This document shows positions 45,006 to 54,201 of a DNA stretch of 64,000 nucleotides, in pieces. Each line of letters starts with the position of its first letter. Positions within the stretch are counted from its first letter, which is position 1. Source of the DNA: Brevinematales bacterium (GTDB lineage: Bacteria; Spirochaetota; Brevinematia; Brevinematales; GWF1-51-8). The notes under the pieces were generated by a model. It searched no databases and was not told the origin of the DNA. It was given only the letters and a program-made list of their open reading frames with translations. The DNA is taken from assembly GCA_020059465.1 (NCBI GenBank), contig JAGVBZ010000014.1, positions 25,170 through 89,169 of the forward strand, read 5' to 3'. The position numbers were made by a program, and so were the translations under genes.

Positions 45006-47294
45006 TCATTTGACCGGTTTCAGGTAAAGTTTAATTCCATCGCCGGCGATTTTTATTACCCCGTTTTCCGTGAAATCAAAATCCAATACGGTCTCCATAT
45101 TATTGATCGTCCATGAAAGCGTTTTGTTGTCGATTATTTTCCATTTTCCGGAAGTCTTCTTTTTAAACTTCCCCTTCTCGAACAATCCCGCTTCGAATAG
45201 ACCGTTTGCCGAGAAACGGTAATAATTCTGGAACTTGTCCGATTTTACCGAAGATCCCGCGCCCCAGACTCCCGCGAATTTCTTCATCAACGCCTTGACT
45301 GCTTCGGGGTTGACCACCATTTTTATATCCGCAATCAGCCCGAGCTCAGCGATCTCCTTTTCGTTCTTGTCGCTTAACGATAGATAGTAGGAATTTTTCA
45401 GCGAAACGAATTGATAATTCCATGATTTATCGAACGCGGCACCTTTGGTTTTCTTCGGATCGATTCCTGTGATAATCATACGGGTTTCGTCGATCATTTC
45501 CCATTTCCCGGTATCGTACGATTTAAATTCGCCCGAACTGATCTTCCCGGCGTCCACTACCCCGCCCTCACTGAATTTAAGGAAGACCTCGCTTGTATAA
45601 GGATTTCCCCCTTTAGAGCAGATTCCCCAGATATTCTGAAGGGCTTTTTCGTAGATTTTCAGGTCTGGTTTAGGCGCGGCAGCGGAGATATGATAGGTTT
45701 TACCGTTTGTCAGGGAAATATTATTCTTATAGAATTGTAGAAGCGACTTGTTCCGAGCGATGATCTTATAAACCGCACCCGCGGGCAGAGCGAGTTTGAT
45801 CTGCAGCGGTTCATAATCGGCGGTGTAGATCAGTTTATCGGAGATTTTTATCTTATAGATACCTTTCGGTATCTGGAACGACAGCGTACCGAGGGCGGGC
45901 TTTATCCCGAATCCCTTTTCGCTGATATTTCCGCAGAGTTTATTTATTTTTATCAATAGGTCGGCGCCGTTCTTGACCGTAAATTTCTCCGAGTAAACAT
46001 CCTTTTTTTTCTGTGTTGACCATACGCGGATGGTTCCGCTGAGAACATCTTTTTTTGTCGCAAGATCACCGTAAACCAGATACTGAACGCTTTTACTTTC
46101 GGCGTATTCCTGGAGCTTGTTTTTATCGCTGATGGGACTCTGCCCTTTTAGAGCGGATTCATAGAGAATCCCGTTCAGATTTCCGAGATAAAGATCGATA
46201 AAATCACGGATGATCCCCGCTTCCTGCGGTGAGGATTTGAACATTTTTTCATCCGTGGTATATCCGAACTGTACGGCAAGCACTGTTTTCATCGCCTGTA
46301 TTGACGACGCCTGCTTAACCAGATAGAGTTTTAAGCCGGATGCGTTTGTCAGCATAAGTGTCGTTTCACTCCTGAAATCGAATCCCCATACGCCGCCGTC
46401 GAAGGACAGGGTCTTTTTTTCCGAGTCAATTGTCCAGCCCCCCTTGGGTTTTCCCTTGAACTTTTCTTTGGTTACTGTGCCGGATTCCAACACATAATCC
46501 GGGTTGAAACGGTATGCGGCGGGCGGGACAGCCTTGTCGAACGAGGCCTCGGAATAATACCAGACCCCTTCGATCATTTTCAACGGGTCGGGGAGCGCGT
46601 AGTAACTGATATTGACGGTTTCACCCGGCTTCGGGATTACGTCCAATGTGTATAAGGATTTTCCGTCCGATAGGACAAATTCGAGATGGTAGGAATGTCC
46701 CGCAAGCACCTTCATTTTTTCGCTGAACCCGCTTTGCCCTACCTTTGTGAGTAGTTTCCCGTTGAGAAGAATCTCCATAGTTTTATCGCTGATTCTTATA
46801 TCGGTGAAATTTAATGTAGCGATCTGGACAGGCGTATTGAGTATCGCTCCGACCGTATCGTCGATAATAAGGTCGAGAGTATCGAGAAGTTCGTAATCTG
46901 TACCTGTGACGTATAACTTCTTCAATACAGCCGTACTTTTTAGATTGTCCCATAGGGAGATCTGTATGACAAGGAAATTGTTGGAGAGGAATGTCTCGCC
47001 GGATATTACGAACGCGGCCTGATAGCTCGACGCGATTTCGGGTATATTTTCCGTCTGCCATTCCATTGACCCGATTTCGTCGGCGGGCGGGATGTCCAGT
47101 TTCGGTACGATGTTCAGGAAGTTATAGAGAGACTTCCATATCATCAGCGAATACTTTTCGGTCTTTTCGGACAGCTTCGCCTCGGAAAGATTGTGCATCG
47201 GCAAGAACAGCACAAGCCTGTTCTGGTTCTGCGGGTAGAGCGGCGCGAGGAAAAGTACGATGAATGCGAATAGAATGATCGACCGTTTTTTCAT
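45006..47294 (-). CDS. large secreted hypothetical protein with three lipocalin-like repeats
   Basis: Signal peptide. Contains three related segments of the form G-x-W...Y-x-F...G-x-W-x-I-D...L (GGWTIDSEKKTLSF, GKWEMIDETRMII, GKWKIIDNKTLSW). Confidence 0.65.
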   Translation of the reverse strand: MKKRSIILFAFIVLFLAPLYPQNQNRLVLFLPMHNLSEAKLSEKTEKYSLMIWKSLYNFLNIVPKLDIPPADEIGSMEWQTENIPEIASSYQAAFVISGETFLSNNFLVIQISLWDNLKSTAVLKKLYVTGTDYELLDTLDLIIDDTVGAILNTPVQIATLNFTDIRISDKTMEILLNGKLLTKVGQSGFSEKMKVLAGHSYHLEFVLSDGKSLYTLDVIPKPGETVNISYYALPDPLKMIEGVWYYSEASFDKAVPPAAYRFNPDYVLESGTVTKEKFKGKPKGGWTIDSEKKTLSFDGGVWGFDFRSETTLMLTNASGLKLYLVKQASSIQAMKTVLAVQFGYTTDEKMFKSSPQEAGIIRDFIDLYLGNLNGILYESALKGQSPISDKNKLQEYAESKSVQYLVYGDLATKKDVLSGTIRVWSTQKKKDVYSEKFTVKNGADLLIKINKLCGNISEKGFGIKPALGTLSFQIPKGIYKIKISDKLIYTADYEPLQIKLALPAGAVYKIIARNKSLLQFYKNNISLTNGKTYHISAAAPKPDLKIYEKALQNIWGICSKGGNPYTSEVFLKFSEGGVVDAGKISSGEFKSYDTGKWEMIDETRMIITGIDPKKTKGAAFDKSWNYQFVSLKNSYYLSLSDKNEKEIAELGLIADIKMVVNPEAVKALMKKFAGVWGAGSSVKSDKFQNYYRFSANGLFEAGLFEKGKFKKKTSGKWKIIDNKTLSWTINNMETVLDFDFTENGVIKIAGDGIKLYLKPVK

Positions 47295-47410
47295 TATTTA
47301 CCCCTTATCCTGCGTAATGATTATCTTTTCTTATTATAAAACCGCATAATTAAAATAGAAAGTTCCCGGCGGTGTTTTTTGAAAAATATTTTTGTAACTC
47401 GTTCTATTTC

Positions 47411-47439
47411 TTGACGAAAAGGTGAATACAATATATTAT
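47411..47439 (+). promoter_or_regulatory. sigma70-type promoter for dapA (TTGACG-17-TATTAT)
   Basis: Reads cTTGACGaaaaggtgaatacaataTATTATagc. It is followed by the hairpin attcccgcgcagcggggaat next to the Shine-Dalgarno. Confidence 0.5.
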
Positions 47440-47490
47440 AGCTTATAGAAATATCGACTGATTCCCGCGCAGCGGGGAATGGAGAGAGCC

Positions 47491-48369
47491 ATGTTTAAAG
47501 GATCGTTTGTCGCGCTGATAACGCCGTTCAAAAACGGTAAAGTGAATTACGAAAGTCTGGAGAAGCTCGTTGAGTTTCATATCGCCAACGGTACCCAGGG
47601 AATTGTGCCGATGGGCACGACCGGGGAATCGGCGACTGTTTCTCATGAGGAACACAAGGAAATCGTGAGATTCGTAACATCGAAGGTCAATAAACGGGTG
47701 AAGGTGATCGCGGGGAGCGGGTCGAACTCCACTTCGGAAGCGATCGAGCTTGCCGCAGAAGCTAAAAAAGCGGGCGCGGACGCCCACCTTTCGATTACCC
47801 CATACTATAACAAACCGACGCAGGATGGGCTGATCCTCCATTTTACGGAGATCGCGAAGGCCGTCGATCTGCCGATGGTGGTCTATAATGTTCCCGGCCG
47901 TACGGGCGTGAATATGCTTCCCGCAACTGTAGCGAAACTCGCTAAAATCAGGAATATTGTCGCGTTAAAAGAAGCCGCCGGCAGTGTGAAACAGGTCATG
48001 GAAGTACTCGAACTGACCGGCCCCGATTTTACCGTCCTTTCCGGCGAGGATTTTATCAATTATCCGATACTTGCTGTCGGCGGAAAAGGTTTTATTTCGG
48101 TCACCGCGAATATCGTACCGAAAAGGCTTGCCGATTGCTGGAATCTCTGGGAGAAAGGAGATGTCGAGGGCGCGAAAAAAATGCATTACTCCCTGCTTCC
48201 GCTCCACCGCAACCTGTTCATCGAGACAAATCCCATTCCAGTAAAAACTGCGGCATTTCTGATGGGACTGATCGATTCGTTGGAATTCCGTTTACCGCTT
48301 TGCGAAATGTCCCCCGATAATCTTGCAAAACTGAAGGATACGTTGAAAGCCCAGGAACTTATCAAGTAG
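47491..48369 (+). CDS. dapA: 4-hydroxy-tetrahydrodipicolinate synthase
   Basis: MFKGSFVALITPF...GIVPMGTTGESATVS...YNKP... and the active-site Lys context (VALKEA). Start set at ATG 47491 after GGAGAG; the track start is 47479. Confidence 0.9.
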   Translation: MFKGSFVALITPFKNGKVNYESLEKLVEFHIANGTQGIVPMGTTGESATVSHEEHKEIVRFVTSKVNKRVKVIAGSGSNSTSEAIELAAEAKKAGADAHLSITPYYNKPTQDGLILHFTEIAKAVDLPMVVYNVPGRTGVNMLPATVAKLAKIRNIVALKEAAGSVKQVMEVLELTGPDFTVLSGEDFINYPILAVGGKGFISVTANIVPKRLADCWNLWEKGDVEGAKKMHYSLLPLHRNLFIETNPIPVKTAAFLMGLIDSLEFRLPLCEMSPDNLAKLKDTLKAQELIK

Positions 48370-48378
48370 GAGGCCAAG

Positions 48379-48972
48379 ATGCAGACGATCTTCGATAAAA
48401 AGAAGACACCTGCCGGAATGTGGCTGATTGCTGTGGTAACTGTATTGATCGGCGGATTCATCGCTTTTTTTACTATGGAGAATGAAACGAACGCGGACGA
48501 TTCTCCTTTCGGAGAAACTGCCGAACCTCAAGCGCATGCTGAAACGGTAGTGCAGCAGATCGGGCAGACCGCGCCCGAGTTTTCTGCAAAGGACGTGAAA
48601 CTCGATAAGGAAATCTCTCTCGCCCGTTTTGCAAAAATGGACGTGCTTCTCTATTTCTGGGATCCGTACGATGACAAGCAATCGGCGCGCATCGAGCGTC
48701 TCATAGAATTGCAAAAGACTTACAAGGGAAAGATCGCCGTCATAGGGATAGCGAGAAATACCGGAAAACTGAAAATGGAATCCTTAATAAAGGAAAATAA
48801 AATCAACTTTCCTGTCATACTCTCGACCGATGAGATTGAAAAAGCCTATTCCGCGAGTCCCGGCAATTCATACTGCGTACTGATCGGGTTAGACCGGACA
48901 ATTTTAGACTCCTATACCGGAGTACTCAATATCAATAAACTCTCATCCAAAATAGAGGGCGATGTAAAATAA
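48379..48972 (+). CDS. membrane-anchored TlpA/redoxin-like thioredoxin-fold protein lacking the CxxC motif
   Basis: N-terminal TM helix. Fold markers are APEFSAKDV...LLYFWDPYDDKQ...GIARN...NFPVILSTD. The WCxxC position reads WDPYD. Confidence 0.7.
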   Translation: MQTIFDKKKTPAGMWLIAVVTVLIGGFIAFFTMENETNADDSPFGETAEPQAHAETVVQQIGQTAPEFSAKDVKLDKEISLARFAKMDVLLYFWDPYDDKQSARIERLIELQKTYKGKIAVIGIARNTGKLKMESLIKENKINFPVILSTDEIEKAYSASPGNSYCVLIGLDRTILDSYTGVLNINKLSSKIEGDVK

Positions 48973-49049
48973 CCCCGGCATATGCATAGGCTTCAGCCCC
49001 CGCCTGTCCGAAAAAATTTATTCTTTCCGTATAAAATACATCCTTCCGC

Positions 49050-49078
49050 TTGACGAAAACGGTATTATATATTATAAT
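49050..49078 (+). promoter_or_regulatory. sigma70-type promoter (TTGACG-17-TATAAT)
   Basis: Reads cTTGACGaaaacggtattatatatTATAATac, about 25 nt upstream of the AGGAGG Shine-Dalgarno and ATG 49105. Confidence 0.55.
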
Positions 49079-49104
49079 ACTCTAATATGATACAGGAGGC
49101 TTTC

Positions 49105-50685
49105 ATGGAATTTAGTATCGTTAATCTTTTGATCGCGTTCGGAGGGGGAATACTTTCATTTGTATCCCCATGCGTTCTGCCGCTTATTCCGATGTATCTC
49201 GCGTACATGACCGGAGTTTCGGTAAAAGACCTGGATACCGATAAAAAACCCATAAAAAAAGCGCTCCTGAACTCCATTTTCTTCGTTATCGGGTTTACGG
49301 TGATTTTTACGATATTCGCGTCAGTCTTCTATATTATCTTCGATAATCTCGGGGGCGTACGGATATGGGTGGACAGAGCTGTCGCGCTGATCCTGATCGT
49401 CTTTGCTCTCCATGTAATGGGGGTCATTACGATTCCGTTCCTGAACTACGAGGCGAGAATGAAAGCCGACGCGAAGAAAGACCCGTCGATCATCTCGTCT
49501 TTTATCATGGGTATCGTGTTCGGCGCGGGATGGACCCCGTGTATCGGGCCTATCCTGAGCGGGATTTTGATGACAGCGACCGATTCTGGAAACATGTTAG
49601 GCGCGGTTATCATGCTGATAGTCTATTCCCTCGGCCTCGGTGTTCCTTTTATCCTGACCGGAGTAGCGACAAAGACTCTCCTTTCGCTCTTTAAATCGAT
49701 CAAGAAACATATGAAGGCTGTGGAGATTATCAGCGGTATATTCCTGATAGGGATAGCCTTGTTTATCGCGATACCGACGTTCCTCCCGAAGGCTGAAACC
49801 GCTGTCGAGAACGGGAAACCCGCCGACGCGAAAAGCGCGATCGATTTCACGGGTGTCGACCTGATGACGGGAAAAACCGTGAAACTATCCGATTACAGCG
49901 GAAAAGTGGTGCTGGTCAATTTTTGGGCGACATGGTGCGACCCGTGCCGCGCCGAAATACCCGACCTGATTGCGCTCCAGAACAGGTATTCCAACGATCT
50001 TGTCATTATCGGCATATCGATAGATAATACCGTAGACCCCGTAGTCGGATATGTAAAGGAAGCGGGCATCCAGTATCCTGTCATCATGCAGGTTCCGGGT
50101 ATGGAAAAAGGATACGGAGATATTACCGGAGTACCGACCAGTTTTATCATCGACCGTGACGGTAATCCCGCGAAGAAGTTCGTAGGCGCGCGTTCGATGG
50201 AACAGTTCGAGGAACTGCTGATGCCGTATATCAAGTCCGTCACTTCAAATATTGCGCCGCAGGCCCAGGCCGCAAACCTCGCGCCGGATTTTACGATCAA
50301 TAATCTGCTGAACGGGCAGAATATCTCTCTGTCGCAGTATAAAGGAAAGGTCGTATTTGTGAACTTCTGGGCGACATGGTGTCCGCCCTGCCGTGCGGAA
50401 ATCCCGGCGTTCATCAGGCTTCAGTCCGAGATGAAAGACAAGTTTCAGATTATCGGCGTATCGGTGGATACCATCGGAGCGGCGGCCGTAAAAGATTTCG
50501 CGCTGTCGATGAATATCAATTATCCGGTCGGGATAGGCGATTATAACCTGACCCAGCAATACGGCGGGGTCGCCGCAATTCCCACCACCGTGATTGTAGG
50601 AACGGACGGTACGATAGTAGGAAAAGTAGTTGGATCGAAGAGCTATGAAGAATTCAAGTCGATAGTATTGAAATACGCGAAATAG
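49105..50685 (+). CDS. CcdA/DsbD-beta-type membrane electron transporter fused to two TlpA-like thioredoxin domains
   Basis: CcdA motifs FVSPCVLPLIP and GWTPCIGPIL in a polytopic N-terminal half. Two redoxin domains follow, with VNFWATWCDPCRAEIP and VNFWATWCPPCRAEIP. Confidence 0.85.
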   Translation: MEFSIVNLLIAFGGGILSFVSPCVLPLIPMYLAYMTGVSVKDLDTDKKPIKKALLNSIFFVIGFTVIFTIFASVFYIIFDNLGGVRIWVDRAVALILIVFALHVMGVITIPFLNYEARMKADAKKDPSIISSFIMGIVFGAGWTPCIGPILSGILMTATDSGNMLGAVIMLIVYSLGLGVPFILTGVATKTLLSLFKSIKKHMKAVEIISGIFLIGIALFIAIPTFLPKAETAVENGKPADAKSAIDFTGVDLMTGKTVKLSDYSGKVVLVNFWATWCDPCRAEIPDLIALQNRYSNDLVIIGISIDNTVDPVVGYVKEAGIQYPVIMQVPGMEKGYGDITGVPTSFIIDRDGNPAKKFVGARSMEQFEELLMPYIKSVTSNIAPQAQAANLAPDFTINNLLNGQNISLSQYKGKVVFVNFWATWCPPCRAEIPAFIRLQSEMKDKFQIIGVSVDTIGAAAVKDFALSMNINYPVGIGDYNLTQQYGGVAAIPTTVIVGTDGTIVGKVVGSKSYEEFKSIVLKYAK

Positions 50686-50739
50686 AGACTGCCGTATGCC
50701 CGGCAGGTACGGAAGAACCGGACAAAAGTAAGTTTTTAG

Positions 50740-50767
50740 TTGAAATATTTTCGTGTTATGATATACT
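50740..50767 (+). promoter_or_regulatory. possible sigma70-type promoter (TTGAAA-16-TATACT)
   Basis: Reads agTTGAAAtattttcgtgttatgaTATACTtatc, upstream of AGGAGG and ATG 50800. Confidence 0.4.
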
Positions 50768-50799
50768 TATCATAGATTCAAATACTTCAGGAGGATTCT

Positions 50800-51801
50800 A
50801 TGAAAATCGACCGCAGATGGATGAAGGGAGTGTTATTAGCTACAGCGGGAATATTTTTTATCACCGGATTGGTTACGGCAAAATTCTGGAATAAGCCAAA
50901 AAAGGATAAGCCGAAAGATGACAAAGTGGATACGTCGAAATTAGCTGCCGATTTTAAGGCGACTGATGTGACTTCCGGTAAAAAAATAACTTTATCCGCA
51001 TATAAAGGTAAAGTGGTAGTACTCAATTTCTGGGCGACATGGTGTCCTCCCTGTGTAGGCGAGATTCCCGATCTGATCAAGCTGAACAAGACATACGGAG
51101 ATAAACTTGTCGTACTTGGCGCATCGGTTGATAACGGTCCTGATGTGGCGAAGGATTTTGTTAAGAAGAACAAAGTCGATTTCCCTGTGTTTATGGCCGA
51201 TAGTGCGATGCAAAAAGCTTACGGAGGAATACCCAGCATACCCACTACATTTATTATCAACGCGAATGGCGAGATAGTTGAAAAAATCGTCGGCGGAAAT
51301 AAGTACGATGTGTTCGTAAAAAAGGTAAAACCTTATCTGACAGAAAATATCGTCCCTACTCCTCCTACCCCCGATAAACCCGATACCGATGCTAAAAGCA
51401 AGTATGACTTCAAGGGACAGGACGTAATCAACGGGAAAAATGTTTCCCTGTCCGATTATAAGGGAAAGCCGGTAATAGTCAATTTCTTTGCAACCTGGTG
51501 CGGCCCCTGCGTGAGCGAAATTCCGGGATTTGTCAATCTTCAGAAGAAATATGACGGAAAGATTCAATTTATCGGTCTTTCGGTTGACGATGAATCGGGC
51601 GTAGTAAAGAAATTCATCAAGAATAAGGGTATCAATTTCCCGGTCATCATGAGTAAATCTGAGATCGAATCGGCGTACGGCGGTGTTTCCTCTATCCCGG
51701 TTACGGTTATACTGGACGGTAAGGGAAATCTGATCGAAAAGATCGTCGGCGGTATATCCGAAAGTGTAATGGAAAGTAAAATAAAGAAAGCGATCAAGTA
51801 A
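50800..51801 (+). CDS. membrane-anchored protein with two TlpA-like thioredoxin domains
   Basis: N-terminal TM helix, then LNFWATWCPPCVGEIP and VNFFATWCGPCVSEIP domains. Confidence 0.85.
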   Translation: MKIDRRWMKGVLLATAGIFFITGLVTAKFWNKPKKDKPKDDKVDTSKLAADFKATDVTSGKKITLSAYKGKVVVLNFWATWCPPCVGEIPDLIKLNKTYGDKLVVLGASVDNGPDVAKDFVKKNKVDFPVFMADSAMQKAYGGIPSIPTTFIINANGEIVEKIVGGNKYDVFVKKVKPYLTENIVPTPPTPDKPDTDAKSKYDFKGQDVINGKNVSLSDYKGKPVIVNFFATWCGPCVSEIPGFVNLQKKYDGKIQFIGLSVDDESGVVKKFIKNKGINFPVIMSKSEIESAYGGVSSIPVTVILDGKGNLIEKIVGGISESVMESKIKKAIK

Positions 51802-51821
51802 AATATTCAGGTATTATAATC

Positions 51822-51850
51822 GGGCCGTCCTTCGATAGGGCGGCCTTTTT
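51822..51850 (+). terminator. rho-independent terminator
   Basis: gggccgtcc-ttcgata-gggcggcc followed by ttttt, immediately after the stop at 51801. Confidence 0.6.
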
Positions 51851-52005
51851 CATCGTATGAATGGGAGGAGGAGACCGCACGCGGCATTTTTCCTATATTT
51901 TACATAAGTTAATTCCGTATACGTCATTCTTTTTAAATTCTACCCGTTTTATTGCATTATTCTACCCGTGCATTAAAATATTTATGGAATTTATATCGTA
52001 AAGTA

Positions 52006-52034
52006 TTGACAGACGTATTATTATTTGATAATAT
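52006..52034 (+). promoter_or_regulatory. sigma70-type promoter for the Mrp/Mbx-like operon (TTGACA-17-TAATAT with TGn)
   Basis: Reads aTTGACAgacgtattattattTGaTAATATatat. A GAGGAG Shine-Dalgarno precedes GTG 52064. Confidence 0.5.
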
Positions 52035-52063
52035 ATATATCTAACAATATTTGAGGAGCCGTT

Positions 52064-52543
52064 GTGAAGTATATTGTGAAATTTTTCACAGCTTTCATCC
52101 TTTGCTTGGCGGTTTACTTTGTTTTCGCGGGAAATTTTGAGCTGGAAGAACTGATCGCCGGGGGTGTGGTGTCCCTTATCGGAGCTATCGCAATCATGAA
52201 CTTTTTCGATATCAGCGTGAAGGTGCTCAACCCGGTACGCTGGTTCTGGATGATCGTGTACATCCCGTTCTTCCTGAAAGAAATGATCAAGGCGAATTTT
52301 CATATCGCGGGGATCGTACTGAATCCCAAACTTCCTATTCATCCTACGGTAAAACGCGGCAGGATGAAGGTTGTTAACGCGGGCGCGAGAATGCTTCTCG
52401 CGAACTCGATCACGCTGACTCCCGGCACTCTTTCGGTCGATATGAAGAATGACGAGCTCGAGATTCATTGTGTCGATACCGCCGAATCGGCGGAGCAGAT
52501 CATGGCGCCGTTCGAGAAACATATCCGCCGTATCGCGGACTAA
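52064..52543 (+). CDS. Mrp/Mnh antiporter subunit E-like (MbxA position)
   Basis: LLANSITLTPGTLSVD signature of MnhE. GTG start. Confidence 0.8.
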   Translation: MKYIVKFFTAFILCLAVYFVFAGNFELEELIAGGVVSLIGAIAIMNFFDISVKVLNPVRWFWMIVYIPFFLKEMIKANFHIAGIVLNPKLPIHPTVKRGRMKVVNAGARMLLANSITLTPGTLSVDMKNDELEIHCVDTAESAEQIMAPFEKHIRRIAD

Positions 52544-52582
52544 AGATTTTTATGTTCGATAATAGTTCGATTTGAGGTTATA

Positions 52583-52840
52583 ATGGAAATAGTATTCGCG
52601 ATTCTTTTCGCGTTTTTCGCGGTTTCCCTTTCGCTCGGTATTTTCGCGCTGATCCGTCTCAAGCATCCGGTCGAGAAAATGGTTTCTCTCGACGTACTGA
52701 CTACCCTGATTACCGCAGTGCTTCTGATTACCGCGGCGCTCACTGGCAATTCGTTCATTCTTGATATTGCCATGATCTACGCGGTGCTGTCGTTCGGGGC
52801 GGTTCTTGTCGTTGCGCGTTACCGTGAGGGAGGTTTCTGA
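52583..52840 (+). CDS. Mrp/Mnh antiporter subunit F-like (MbxB position)
   Basis: 85 aa with three TM helices. SLDVLTTLITAVLL...LDIAMIYAVLSFGAVLVVARY resembles MrpF. Confidence 0.75.
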   Translation: MEIVFAILFAFFAVSLSLGIFALIRLKHPVEKMVSLDVLTTLITAVLLITAALTGNSFILDIAMIYAVLSFGAVLVVARYREGGF

Positions 52841-53175
52841 TGATCGTCATGAAAATTATCGCGTTCGTATTTTTCTTTATCGGCGCGTTTTTTATCTTCG
52901 TCGGTACACTCGGTATCGTGCGTATGCCCGACGTGTATAACAAACTGCAGGCCGGAACCAAGGCAACCACTATGGGGTTTCTTTCCGTATGCGTAGGACT
53001 GATCTTTTTCGAGCCCGCGTGGATAATCAAAGCCCTTGTGATCGCGGGGTTTGTCGTACTGACCAACCCGATCGGCAGTCACGCCCTTGCGCGCGCCGCC
53101 AAAAACTCCGGGTTGCCGTTCGCGGACGATCGGGATAAACCCTCATTGAAGAAAGATGGGGAGGCGAAGAAATGA
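52840..53175 (+). CDS. Mrp/Mnh antiporter subunit G-like (MbxC position)
   Basis: GTLGIVRMPDVYNKLQAGTKATTMG and NPIGSHALARAA are MnhG signatures. Confidence 0.8.
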   Translation: MIVMKIIAFVFFFIGAFFIFVGTLGIVRMPDVYNKLQAGTKATTMGFLSVCVGLIFFEPAWIIKALVIAGFVVLTNPIGSHALARAAKNSGLPFADDRDKPSLKKDGEAKK

Positions 53176-53441
53176 CCGCGTTTATTATCATAATCGGAGC
53201 TGTGATCTGCGCGGGCGGAATCGCGGTATTATTCGTCCGTTCGCTCAAATCCGCGGCGCTTATCACCGGAATAATCAGCCTCATCGCCGCGCTCCTTTTC
53301 GTGCTGATGAAAGCGTATGACGTCGCTATCACGGAAGCGGCGATCGGAGCGGTGCTTTCCACCGCCCTGTACTTTTTCGCGTTCCACCGCCTCGAGGAGG
53401 ACGGTCTGAAGTCCGGGAAGGGGGAAAGCGATGAAAACTAG
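53172..53441 (+). CDS. DUF4040/MbhD-like small membrane subunit
   Basis: 89 aa with three TM helices. DVAITEAAIGAVLSTALYF resembles the MnhB N-terminal/MbhD module. Confidence 0.6.
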   Translation: MTAFIIIIGAVICAGGIAVLFVRSLKSAALITGIISLIAALLFVLMKAYDVAITEAAIGAVLSTALYFFAFHRLEEDGLKSGKGESDEN

Positions 53442-54201
53442 GCACCAGTCGCTGATCGACATCGCCGCATTGGTATTCCTCGGTATCGCGGTTTACCTGA
53501 TCGCGTCCGCACTGACAGAAACATCCGGCGGCGGTAAAGGAATTAATTCCTCAGAACTGAATAAGCGAGTATCGTACCGTTATATCATAAAATCGGTGAA
53601 CCCGTCGGCAAAACCCGAAGTCAAATGGGGCGCAACGGGATATGAGGAGAGCAGCGCGAATATTGTGACCTCGATAGTCGTGAATTATCGCGGGTTCGAT
53701 ACGCTGGGCGAGGTGCTCGTACTGTTCGCGTCATCCGCGGCGGTCAGTCTCCTGATCCGAAAGCGTTCTCCGAAGAAGGTGATGCCGCCGACCGAGATTA
53801 TGACATCGGCAGTACCGGTCGTCAATCTGCTTGTCTTTATCCTCGGCGCGTTCATTATCCTGCACGGTCATCTGACGCCGGGTGGGGGTTTCCCCGGAGG
53901 CGCGGTGATCGCGACTGGGGTGATCCTTGTATCGCTCGTGTTCCGTAAGGCGTTCCGTCCGTCGATGTACCTGATGCTCGAAAGCATCGCGGGGATGGGC
54001 ATCCTGATCGTCGGGCTTCTCGGCATGGTCAATTCGGATTACTTCCTGCAGGATTTCCTTCCCGCCGGAACTATCGGTAATCTATTCTCAAGCTATTTTG
54101 CTACCATACTTTACGTACTGATCGGCGTCAAGGTCGCGGTAGAGATTTCGAATATCGGCTTTCATTTTATCAGCGAAAGTATCGGGGAGGAGGCCGTATG
54201 A
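53431..54201 (+). CDS. MnhB/MbhE-like membrane subunit
   Basis: ANIVTSIVVNYRGFDTLGEVLVLF is the MnhB-domain signature. Confidence 0.75.
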   Translation: MKTRHQSLIDIAALVFLGIAVYLIASALTETSGGGKGINSSELNKRVSYRYIIKSVNPSAKPEVKWGATGYEESSANIVTSIVVNYRGFDTLGEVLVLFASSAAVSLLIRKRSPKKVMPPTEIMTSAVPVVNLLVFILGAFIILHGHLTPGGGFPGGAVIATGVILVSLVFRKAFRPSMYLMLESIAGMGILIVGLLGMVNSDYFLQDFLPAGTIGNLFSSYFATILYVLIGVKVAVEISNIGFHFISESIGEEAV

